From an uncultured Planctomycetales bacterium (GTDB taxonomy: Bacteria; Omnitrophota; Gorgyraeia; Gygaellales; Profunditerraquicolaceae): a DNA stretch of 64,000 bases. The notes below the pieces were generated by a model. That model ran no database searches and was not told where the DNA came from. It saw nothing but the letters and a program-made list of their open reading frames with translations. The translations under genes and the position numbers were made by a program. Shown in pieces: positions 8,916 through 17,160 of the stretch; within the stretch, counting starts at the first letter, position 1, and every line of letters starts with the position of its first letter. The DNA is taken from assembly GCA_964354795.1 (NCBI GenBank), contig CAYHBB010000016.1, forward strand, positions 4,084-68,083, given 5' to 3'.

Positions 8916-9860
8916 TTAGTAATGGAGGTTTGAATATCTGATTTGAAGCAGCTTTTCCCGGCGTTGCCGTATTGCCTCGCTTTGGCTATGTGTTGCACAG
9001 ATAATTCCATACTGCGTAAGCGCGGCATCATAGAGGCGGTAATTCTCAAGAAACAGAATAAATGCCAGGCGCGTAGCTGTCTTTTGAGCATTACGCGACA
9101 GTTCCTCCTGGAAACGCGCTATGTCCGCGCTTAAATACGCGACATCCCTTTCTTTTAACAAATAAAAATAACTGCGTTTCTCAGCGATGACTCTTCTATT
9201 TTTTAAACCTTTGACGTCCCATTTGTAACGGGCGCCAAAGGTAAGGGGGGTTTCAGATTGAGGGTAGGGCAGCTCTTCCCCGGTAGTCGTACTCTGCCAG
9301 AGAAATTTAGCGCCCGGCTCAAGATAAAGGGTCACCGTATAGCTGTCCGCGCCATTCACCGGCTTCCAGCTAAAGGTCGGCCGTTGCTCAAGTATAGCGG
9401 TATTAGAAAGCCCGGTTACTTCTATTTTGCTGTTGAGCGTAACCTCATCTGAACTACTCAGCCCCCTCAGTGTAAAACTACCCTTCTGCGGAGAATCTAT
9501 CTGCGGTAATACCACTTTATTGTTTGCAATAAGCACTCCAGAAGGAATGTGCTTGCTTTGGGCAATTCCCACAACAACTTTCATGCTTCCCGGCCATTGT
9601 TCTTGCTGGCCGGATTCCAAATAATTAATCGTAAAGGAGGCATCCTTTGCGAGCTCTACCATATCACCCGAATACAACAGTTCTCCTAAACCAACTTCTC
9701 TCTTTTTCCCATTCCGCACCAAAGAAACATTCCCTCCTGTATCCATAATAATCGCGCTATAGGAACTATTTTCTGCGACCGCGATCTCGGGCAGAGTGAA
9801 AACGAGAAACGTAAGTGCGGCAACAAGAGAATAAAGGTATGTGTGGCTATTTTTCATCAT
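8916..9860 (-). CDS. Secreted protein, FecR-like N-terminus plus DUF928-like domain
   Basis: Signal peptide; RPTFSW...YTVTL...LPYP...L..GARYKW pattern typical of DUF928-like proteins near caspase/CHAT genes. Confidence 0.55.
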   Translation of the reverse strand: MMKNSHTYLYSLVAALTFLVFTLPEIAVAENSSYSAIIMDTGGNVSLVRNGKKREVGLGELLYSGDMVELAKDASFTINYLESGQQEQWPGSMKVVVGIAQSKHIPSGVLIANNKVVLPQIDSPQKGSFTLRGLSSSDEVTLNSKIEVTGLSNTAILEQRPTFSWKPVNGADSYTVTLYLEPGAKFLWQSTTTGEELPYPQSETPLTFGARYKWDVKGLKNRRVIAEKRSYFYLLKERDVAYLSADIARFQEELSRNAQKTATRLAFILFLENYRLYDAALTQYGIICATHSQSEAIRQRREKLLQIRYSNLHY

Positions 9861-9983
9861 TAAGAGTTATTAAGAAACTTCATTAGTTTATTTTCTGCGT
9901 TATAGAATCGTTGCGTTTGCACCTTAAGCATTTTAAGGGCAACCTCAGGAAACTTTGAGCAGTTTCATGGTTATGTAACTATG

Positions 9984-10955
9984 TTATACGTGTATCGCGC
10001 GAGGAATTGGAATACTGTGGCAAGGGGTCTTTGGCGATATCTCCTCGACCATCTTTTCCAAAAGCCCCACCTTCCCTTCGAAATCAAGCCAGGCCCATTC
10101 GCCATTGGCATTCACCTCTAAAAAGAAGTAGTCCCCATTTGCATACAGCATATCCAGCCGGCCGAAATGAAGCCCTAAGTCGTGCATAAAATGAACTATG
10201 GAATGCTCAAGGGATCTAGGAAGGTGATGGATACACCAGGCGTCCGTAGCGGTATCGGGGCCCATTTCGCGCCAGTCCACGGTTTTGTCTAAAAAAGGTT
10301 CTCGGTTGAGTTCAAACCCATACATCTTACCCCTGACAAAGACAATGGTAATATCGGATGAAGCATTTACATAGTCCTGTATCAGCCATGGAGTCGAGGG
10401 GTCTAATTGATCCTCTTGAACCCTCGTGGTATAGAGAACCGCGTTTTCATTCACTCGTTTTGAGGTGAGACTTTTAACGATGGAAGACTTTCCTTTTTCA
10501 AAAAATTCCGCCGAGCCACTTACGAATTTGTATGGCGGAATTTTAAAATACTTGCTCGCGACTTTGAGCTGAACAAGCTTTCCTATCCTGGCATCTGCCA
10601 TGGGCTCTACGAGAACAAGCTTGCCTTTCGACCAGGCCAGATTGACCATATCGCGCAGCGCATACGAAACTTCTTCTTGCATATAGACAATCTCAGTGCG
10701 GATCTTGCGGTTAGGATACAGCTGCTGTGTCATAAACGGCCTGCGCCAATAGAACTTAGCGATATCGCTGCTGGTAATACAGCGACCGGCCGGGTTTTCG
10801 ATGGAGAATTGAGAATGGTCAATTTTTATTTTGTATTCTTGCCATAAATCAAGATTAAAGCGAAAAACATTCTCGCTTCCAATTTTAGAGATCAATAGAT
10901 CAACCGTGAGATCTAAAGAATTGGTGTAGATAAAAGTGACGGAATTCATCCCCAC
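9984..10955 (-). CDS. ATP-grasp RiPP macrocyclase (MvdC/D-like graspetide ligase)
   Basis: VFRFNLD, YWRRP, KLVQLKVA, IVKSL, LIQDYV, DWR, LGLHFGRLD, FLEVNANGEWAWL. Confidence 0.88.
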   Translation of the reverse strand: MGMNSVTFIYTNSLDLTVDLLISKIGSENVFRFNLDLWQEYKIKIDHSQFSIENPAGRCITSSDIAKFYWRRPFMTQQLYPNRKIRTEIVYMQEEVSYALRDMVNLAWSKGKLVLVEPMADARIGKLVQLKVASKYFKIPPYKFVSGSAEFFEKGKSSIVKSLTSKRVNENAVLYTTRVQEDQLDPSTPWLIQDYVNASSDITIVFVRGKMYGFELNREPFLDKTVDWREMGPDTATDAWCIHHLPRSLEHSIVHFMHDLGLHFGRLDMLYANGDYFFLEVNANGEWAWLDFEGKVGLLEKMVEEISPKTPCHSIPIPRAIHV

Positions 10956-10983
10956 TGCTTTCGGTGCTTAGTTTCCGCTATTA

Positions 10984-11163
10984 TCACGCATCAGCCTCTT
11001 GTGAGCCTTCACCGTCAAACAAGGTGCTGCTCTTAAGGGCGTGCTTAAGCCCGGGGCACGTAAGATCCAGCTCGCGGCGCTGAGTGTGATGATCATAGGG
11101 CGCCTTCTCTACTTCTTTAATGACACTGCCTTTGCAGCGAGCCAACTCTAAAATTGTCTTCAT
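10984..11163 (-). CDS. Putative graspetide precursor, 59 aa
   Basis: AAGGAGGT RBS 7 nt before ATG 11163; YDHHTQ leader motif; core KSSTLFDGEGSQEADA with S/T/K donors then D/E acceptors; directly upstream of the ATP-grasp gene. Confidence 0.75.
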   Translation of the reverse strand: MKTILELARCKGSVIKEVEKAPYDHHTQRRELDLTCPGLKHALKSSTLFDGEGSQEADA

Positions 11164-11249
11164 TGCGTTCACCTCCTTTATTTGAAATTGTTATTTACCA
11201 CACACGTCTTCCCTTTTTAAAACAATGGCAAGAAAGATTTGTTACGCCG

Positions 11250-12689
11250 TCACACACTGATGCTTTTAAGCGCGAACTCGCGAATCCTGTTCTCTAAATT
11301 CCCGCGTATGAACCAATAACAGTGATCGTCGTCTTTTAACTTTCCCGACTGAAAACGTCTTTTATGCGCGCAGCCGCCTGCACATTGAGGCAGTACGGGA
11401 CATTTTTTGCACATATCATACTGGAACCAATCATAATTCAGCCAGGGAATTAAATTGCTGAATATAATAGGGTACTTAAGAAAGATTGAGCCATACGCTC
11501 GTTCAACCAACCCCAGATCTTCGACGCATTTATACAGTTCACCTTCGGGGCCGATAGTTGCAGAAGAGTAGCAGGTCGCTGCGCAGCCAGCGTTGCTGGC
11601 TTTTGTCAACGGAACGAAGGTCATAAAAGCTAAACCTAAGGCTTTGGCTTTAGCGGTTTCGCGTCTTAAAATTTCCAAATATGGCTGTGGAGGGATATGC
11701 TGGATTACACAGCCGTCCCTGGCGCACTCCGGCTCAAAAACATTGGCTATATTGATTGATTGTATCCGTTTGTGCAAGTTTCTTCGGATAAGACCGTCAT
11801 AGAGTTGGTCAAACTCCTTTTCATTATCCTGAGTAAGATTAATACGGACGTGTATTCTTAACTTTTCTGCCGCGATACTTAAATTTTCCAGCACTTTATC
11901 CAGAGTATCCCGCCCTTGTTTGTCTTGTTTTGTTGATTTCGGAATATCAACTGTTACCTGAACCAAAGAAACCCTGTATTTATGGAGTAAATTAACAACA
12001 TCCCGGTTTAATAAAGTTCCGTTGGTGGACGACAAGCCGTGGTATTCAATTCCGGCCTTATCAAATGCGGGAATAATCCGGGAGCTGATGCGCTCTATCG
12101 TTCCTACGGCAAGTAACGGTTCTCCTCCGAACCAAACAATCTGCACTCTCTTTTTCTCTCGGGATATTCTGGCGATGTAAGAAACAACTGCATTTTCAGT
12201 TTCCCGGGACATCATTTTGCGATTACGGATAATCTGGGCTTTTCCTTCAAAGCAATAAGGACATTGTAAGTTGCAAAGCAGTGTGGGTACGACATTCAAA
12301 CTTAATATATCATTCCTGTAGCGGGAAAATAAAAGCTGCTGTTTGACAATTTCAAGTTCGTTAATATTTTTGGAGACAAAGAAACCTTTTGAATAAAGAA
12401 GGTGCATGGGCTGCGGAATAGATTTTCCACGCATTTGATATTCAGAACCACGAGATAGGTATTTACGCCAGGCATCGCGATTCAGAATAGCGAGAGTTCC
12501 GGTGAGTGTATTATATACTGCCTTCTTATTGTCAGGTAAATCAACCGATACATTGAACTGCGAGGGGATCCAAGTATCCGAAAACAACTCGTATGCTCTT
12601 TTTACAGATGCCGTTGCGGAAAACAAATTTACTTCTGACTTAGCTTCGGGTGACACTTCAAAAACAGCAGTGGGGTTTTCGTTAGGCAT
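11250..12689 (-). CDS. Radical SAM/SPASM maturase
   Basis: CNLQCPYC, WFGGEP, CAAT...GPEGELYKC...CKKCPVLPQCAGGC...C; start uncertain (12689 ATG or 12743). Confidence 0.88.
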   Translation of the reverse strand: MPNENPTAVFEVSPEAKSEVNLFSATASVKRAYELFSDTWIPSQFNVSVDLPDNKKAVYNTLTGTLAILNRDAWRKYLSRGSEYQMRGKSIPQPMHLLYSKGFFVSKNINELEIVKQQLLFSRYRNDILSLNVVPTLLCNLQCPYCFEGKAQIIRNRKMMSRETENAVVSYIARISREKKRVQIVWFGGEPLLAVGTIERISSRIIPAFDKAGIEYHGLSSTNGTLLNRDVVNLLHKYRVSLVQVTVDIPKSTKQDKQGRDTLDKVLENLSIAAEKLRIHVRINLTQDNEKEFDQLYDGLIRRNLHKRIQSINIANVFEPECARDGCVIQHIPPQPYLEILRRETAKAKALGLAFMTFVPLTKASNAGCAATCYSSATIGPEGELYKCVEDLGLVERAYGSIFLKYPIIFSNLIPWLNYDWFQYDMCKKCPVLPQCAGGCAHKRRFQSGKLKDDDHCYWFIRGNLENRIREFALKSISV

Positions 12690-12863
12690 ATCTATTAAGC
12701 CTTTGGTTTTGCAAATAGCAGCAGGCAATTTAAAAAAAATCAATTTGCATTGCCGGGGCAGAATTTATCCAATCATCCACGTCAGGATTACTATCTACCC
12801 AGCGGCAGCATGCAATCTTAAGATTTCAGTTCTCTTAGGTATAATACAGCAGCGGCAGTTGTA

Positions 12864-13064
12864 TTATAAGCAAGATGCAAAATAACTTCTCTTGTCCATG
12901 CAGCAGGTGGTCAAATCCACGACATAATCGCAACTTTGACCCGCTACTTCTGCAGATTTTTTCTTGTTGGCTTTTTCAAACTTCGCCTTTGAAATCTTAC
13001 ATTTTTTTAAAACACTGGTTGGTATTGCGTAATATTTTTTCCCTGATTTAATTAGTATCGACAT
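12864..13064 (-). CDS. Putative Cys-rich RiPP precursor, 66 aa
   Basis: Lys-rich leader, EVAGQ junction, core SCDYVVDLTTCCMDKRSYFASCL; GGAGG RBS; upstream of a SPASM enzyme. Confidence 0.78.
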   Translation of the reverse strand: MSILIKSGKKYYAIPTSVLKKCKISKAKFEKANKKKSAEVAGQSCDYVVDLTTCCMDKRSYFASCL

Positions 13065-13243
13065 GGTTTTCCCCTCCTAGCTTTTTGTACCCACACAAAG
13101 GTTGCTTTTAACACCCATTTGGGTCATTCTTTACTACTGAACTACTGAATCTTATCTTGCTATTTCTCTATTTTTTCATCACCTCCTTTTTTTTATAACT
13201 TTCTTTAGTTTTAAAGAAAATTTATCCTTATCCATTGTAGGGT

Positions 13244-13252
13244 ATTATAGCA
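13244..13252 (-). promoter_or_regulatory. Extended -10 promoter element upstream of the first precursor
   Basis: TG-C-TATAAT on the - strand in an AT-rich intergenic region. Confidence 0.45.
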
Positions 13253-13314
13253 TAAAAAAACGCCTTGATAGCAAAATAAAATCGGCGGAACTTCAGCTGA
13301 CACAACAGCCAAAC

Positions 13315-14259
13315 TCAAGGTTTTCCCTCCAGATAAGCAATAATTGCGGGTGCCGCTTTGCCGTATTCTTCACGCAGCATCTCACAAAACATTTTCCAAT
13401 GACGCGCGGTATCGTCTGTAGCTAATGTACGAGCAATTTCATAAAAGTTATTTCCTGCTGTCGTGGCATGTGGAACCACTATGCTCCCCTGAAATGAATT
13501 CTTATCATCCTTGTTAAGTTCGCAATGAAGCACTTCTTTATCTCCCACTACGTAATCAAGGGCGTTTGTGTAGGTGGGATTGTTTTTACGTATTTTATAT
13601 TCCTCATCCGTATGAAACCGTATCTCAGGATGCTGCGTATGCAACTCCTTGAGTAACTCCTCCGCCGAACCAGCCCTGGGGCGAAACATCTCATTATCTA
13701 ACAGCCAACTGAAATAATAATAGCCGGAACGAATTCCGGGAGGAATTCCTGCCTTCCAGTCCATAGGCACAAGGGGTTTATTGTCGCGTAAAAGCCACTC
13801 TACATAATTGGAATGCGAGTAAAAATCCTGGAGAGTATGAAATGCCTCTCCCAGCATGTACAGCACCCTATTTCTGGATTTCGGATTACCAACTACATTC
13901 GCGGCAGCTATTTTTGCAATGTTCAACTGATGCGTAATATATTCATAACTATCACGAATGCGATTATCATCAAAATGGTGATGGGGGGAATTGGTGAATT
14001 TAGAGCTGAAAGGCCAATCCTGGCTATTGCAGCCTTCAATAATCTTACCTATGCTTTGTTCTTGGAATCCCAGAGGAGTGAGGGCATCTTTCAAGATGCT
14101 TTCGTGAATGGGCTCGCCGAAACCAAAGCGGGTCTTAAAGGCATGGCTATTGTGCGGCACACAAAAAATAAATAGCGCTGCTATCCATATCCACAAACAA
14201 CCATGTTTTGACACCTTATTTACAGACCTTATGTTTATTTCGCTAAACACTATAGACAC
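13315..14259 (-). CDS. Secreted Het-C/VWA7-N-like (Zn-dependent phospholipase C-like) protein
   Basis: Signal peptide; HHHFDD, LGEAFHTLQDFYSHSNYVE and LNKD motifs. Confidence 0.65.
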   Translation of the reverse strand: MSIVFSEINIRSVNKVSKHGCLWIWIAALFIFCVPHNSHAFKTRFGFGEPIHESILKDALTPLGFQEQSIGKIIEGCNSQDWPFSSKFTNSPHHHFDDNRIRDSYEYITHQLNIAKIAAANVVGNPKSRNRVLYMLGEAFHTLQDFYSHSNYVEWLLRDNKPLVPMDWKAGIPPGIRSGYYYFSWLLDNEMFRPRAGSAEELLKELHTQHPEIRFHTDEEYKIRKNNPTYTNALDYVVGDKEVLHCELNKDDKNSFQGSIVVPHATTAGNNFYEIARTLATDDTARHWKMFCEMLREEYGKAAPAIIAYLEGKP

Positions 14260-14312
14260 TGTATAAGCCGATTATTAAGAACATCCCGGGATTAGAGAGA
14301 CGATTTTTTATT

Positions 14313-14915
14313 TCAATAAAGACTGGAGAGAATAGTCTTAACCGCTTTTTGAATTTCCTTTTCCTTATCTAAAGATGGAACGGTTGCCCTGATTTTGCAA
14401 ATATAACCCTTTAACCCTGTAATGTATAGATAAGAAAGCCTATTCCCCAGCGAAGCGCCGTCTAAGGGATCAATTGACTCCAATGAAAAAGACACAGAGA
14501 GCACCTTGAGCGTTTTGCTATTGCTTAATGAGAAATCCATCTGGGTTTCAGAAAGAATCTTCACATTACGATACAGGATATTCTCAAGTGATTTTATTTC
14601 TTCTAAGGCAGAATCTTTTGCTTTACGAATTGCTTCTGAACCAACGCCATCTTTTATTCCTTGCTCACCAAGGTTATAGACATACACAGTTAAATCTGAG
14701 CCAAAAGAGGATAGGCTGTGATAACCCAGAGAAGCACCCATTGCTTCATCCTCATAGGTCATTATGCTGCTCTCGGCAGCAAAATCTCCGATCTGTAAAG
14801 GAAGAGTACTTAAGATTTCTTGCGCTTTCTCAGCATAGGCAGAAGAAACGCTTAAGGATAATACCCCCATTAAGAAAAATATCATTATTCTTGAAATCTG
14901 AAGTTTCATTTCCAT
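14313..14915 (-). CDS. Secreted hypothetical protein
   Basis: Sec signal ending AYA; ORF 200 aa. Confidence 0.7.
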   Translation of the reverse strand: MEMKLQISRIMIFFLMGVLSLSVSSAYAEKAQEILSTLPLQIGDFAAESSIMTYEDEAMGASLGYHSLSSFGSDLTVYVYNLGEQGIKDGVGSEAIRKAKDSALEEIKSLENILYRNVKILSETQMDFSLSNSKTLKVLSVSFSLESIDPLDGASLGNRLSYLYITGLKGYICKIRATVPSLDKEKEIQKAVKTILSSLY

Positions 14916-14955
14916 CCCCCCCTGTTAGTTGGCCTAATTTTCCCTGCCGAAGTGG

Positions 14956-15402
14956 TCATTGACCTTCTATATAATCTTTTATCATCTTCCAAACACCATC
15001 TTCTTTTGTAAGAGTAACTTTACCCGAAAAACCAGGATGTCCTTTTCGTCCGTAATTTATTGTAACAATATCTCCTTGAGTAGAAACATCTTTAATTTCC
15101 AGCTCAGATATATCAAAAAATGATGACTTCATCATTTTAAACATATTTTCCTTAAACTCCTGCGTAAGATCTTCCGTTTGCTCCTGCCCTTCAGGCGAAT
15201 CTAATTGCCTAAGATTTTCTTTTGTTCCGATTTCCCTGTTTAACTTTTCAAATTCATCATAATTAGCGCAAGCGTTCTTCTTCAGAAAAATAGATTTGAA
15301 AGCCCCTACAGCCTCATCTTCCATTGGAGTAGCAGAAGATAATGTAAATAACCCAAATACACAAAAACTAATTATTGCCCCAATCAAAAGATTATTTTTC
15401 AT
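14956..15402 (-). CDS. Secreted hypothetical protein (NTF2/DUF4878-like C-terminus)
   Basis: Signal peptide; VTLTKEDGVWKM. Confidence 0.65.
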   Translation of the reverse strand: MKNNLLIGAIISFCVFGLFTLSSATPMEDEAVGAFKSIFLKKNACANYDEFEKLNREIGTKENLRQLDSPEGQEQTEDLTQEFKENMFKMMKSSFFDISELEIKDVSTQGDIVTINYGRKGHPGFSGKVTLTKEDGVWKMIKDYIEGQ

Positions 15403-15443
15403 ATTCCCCCTTTATCTCCTTTTTTCTTTATTCTACTCCAACC

Positions 15444-15492
15444 AAAAACCATCTACAATATATTCTATCACAGCGGGTTAAGAAGTCAAACT
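15444..15492 (-). promoter_or_regulatory. Repeated promoter element, copy 1 (TTGACT-16-TAGAAT with TG extension)
   Basis: Near-identical to copies at 17714, 19148 and 20041. Confidence 0.75.
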
Positions 15493-15498
15493 CCCCTT

Positions 15499-15532
15499 TT
15501 AACTTCGCATTCTATCCAAATTGTGAAGTTAA
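15499..15532. repeat. loxP/dif-like palindromic site
   Basis: TTAACTTCGCATT-CTATCCAA-ATTGTGAAGTTAA (13-8-13). Confidence 0.6.
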
Positions 15533-15810
15533 ACTACCCTTTGTCACCTTTTTAAAAGGCAAGTTTTCCCTAGCCTATGGGTAAACAGAGATTTAACTAA
15601 TACCACCTTAACCTATAGTAACATCTTCCAAAGGCCCCTTCTCCTGCGTGTCACTTTAAAAATCCCAGTTTTGGTAACAAAAAATAAATCCTTTGCCTTC
15701 TTATTCTTTTTTTGTTTTACCTGTTAATTATCTGTGATAAAATGTGAAATAAGATGTTTCTTAGATCAGATTTAGATGTACGAAATTTACCCAATATTGA
15801 AAGATGAAAC

Positions 15811-17067
15811 ATGCATAAAATATTTGGCTTGGCATTAGTAGGTATATTAAGCATCAATGCATTTGCGCAAAATCCTTCTCAAAAGGATTTGCCAAGAGAT
15901 TTTGATATCGATGGAATTCGGACTTTCTTAATGCATCAGCAAAGTCCCGAAACCAAAATTCTGGAAAGCTTCATCAATACTACCGATGAGATGCTTTCTA
16001 ACCAAGCTTCTACTTATGACCAGGCGCTAGCGGGTTTAGGCTTTCTTGAGCTGGGGGATCAGAATGGAGCAAAGGGAGTTCTCTCTTTTTTTAAGGCAAA
16101 GTGGTCCGATTTGGGCTTATGCAATTTTTATAACACAGAAAATGGTTCATGCGGTATAGAAGAAACTGTGCATTTAGGCCCGAATATGTGGATAGCCTCG
16201 CTGGCTTTACAATATGGTCAGAAAACAGGAGATGCCAGATTTAATAATCTAGCAGAAAAGATAGCGTTCTGGAGTATAGAATTAAACCACAATAACGGAG
16301 GAATCAGCATGGGGCCTGTTGCTGACTGGGGCGGAGATTGGCCTAATGTCTATTCTTCAGAAAATAATATTGTTGCCTTTGCGGTATTCAGGGCTTTATA
16401 TAATCATGAAAATAACCAGACTTATAGAGAGATTTATTCCCAACAAATGCAAGGGATCATTAATTTTATCAACGAAGTGACTTTACAAAGAAGTACTGAT
16501 GGAAAAATCATTAATGTAAGCGTCGGTTATAATCCCGAGGAAGGAATCTCTAGCATTTCATCATGTGATGTAGTAACCATGCTGCTTTTAGTATTTAATC
16601 CACAAGAACTTCAGCAGTTTTTTTCTATAGATGAATCGGATTTGTTAGAATTTGCTAAGGATAATTTCTTCGTCTGTGTGGATGGAATTTGTGGATATGA
16701 TTTTACCAGTGAATCTTCTACCATTTTGATCGGCAGACAGAGGATGATTTCTTTGGAATGGACAGCGCAGATGGCACAGGCGGAGATTGCAGTAGCGCAA
16801 TTCTACCAGATTAATTCGCCTCATGAAGAAAGAGCTGCAGATTATTTTAAGGAATCTGATCAACTTTTATCTGAGATCGATAAAACAATTATTAACTATC
16901 AAGAGATGTGTTTCTATCCGTATGCGACAAAAGCCGCAGAACAACCTTTTACTTTTGCGCCCTGGTGGAAAACGCCACAGGGTGACCCGGAATTTTGCGG
17001 AGCACTTTCATCGACCTTATGGAGATTGTTTGCGTATAAAGAATTTAACCCATTGGATTTACGCTAG
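15811..17067 (+). CDS. Secreted protein, probable (alpha/alpha)-barrel glycosidase-like fold
   Basis: Signal peptide NAFA; TYDQALA, GPNMW, SSENN and SLEWTAQM motifs reminiscent of six-hairpin glycosidases. Confidence 0.5.
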   Translation: MHKIFGLALVGILSINAFAQNPSQKDLPRDFDIDGIRTFLMHQQSPETKILESFINTTDEMLSNQASTYDQALAGLGFLELGDQNGAKGVLSFFKAKWSDLGLCNFYNTENGSCGIEETVHLGPNMWIASLALQYGQKTGDARFNNLAEKIAFWSIELNHNNGGISMGPVADWGGDWPNVYSSENNIVAFAVFRALYNHENNQTYREIYSQQMQGIINFINEVTLQRSTDGKIINVSVGYNPEEGISSISSCDVVTMLLLVFNPQELQQFFSIDESDLLEFAKDNFFVCVDGICGYDFTSESSTILIGRQRMISLEWTAQMAQAEIAVAQFYQINSPHEERAADYFKESDQLLSEIDKTIINYQEMCFYPYATKAAEQPFTFAPWWKTPQGDPEFCGALSSTLWRLFAYKEFNPLDLR

Positions 17068-17124
17068 ATTTAGATAGACGTAGCACTCTTTCCTCTAACT
17101 TCGCATTCTACATCTACTAGGATG

Positions 17125-17160
17125 TATAAATAAAAAGGGCTGAACGGTTAAGTCCAGCCC
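17125..17160 (-). terminator. Rho-independent terminator, copy A
   Basis: GGGCTG-GACTTAACCGTT-CAGCCC-TTTTTATTT on the - strand; identical copy at 17856-17891. Confidence 0.75.

Noticed and set aside
8879-9091. 71-aa N-terminal extension of the caspase ORF overlapping 8916-9860
   Set aside because: The downstream ATG at 8878 has an RBS and starts a clean lipoprotein signal; the extension is an ORF-calling artefact.
7299-14283. Weak ATAA-N5-TTAT and TTA(T)TAAGA motifs at ~7305, ~9868 and ~14263, and TTATGTAAC at ~9971, as further recombination sites
   Set aside because: Short, AT-rich and with spacing that does not fit an 11-6-11 site; cannot be told from chance by eye.
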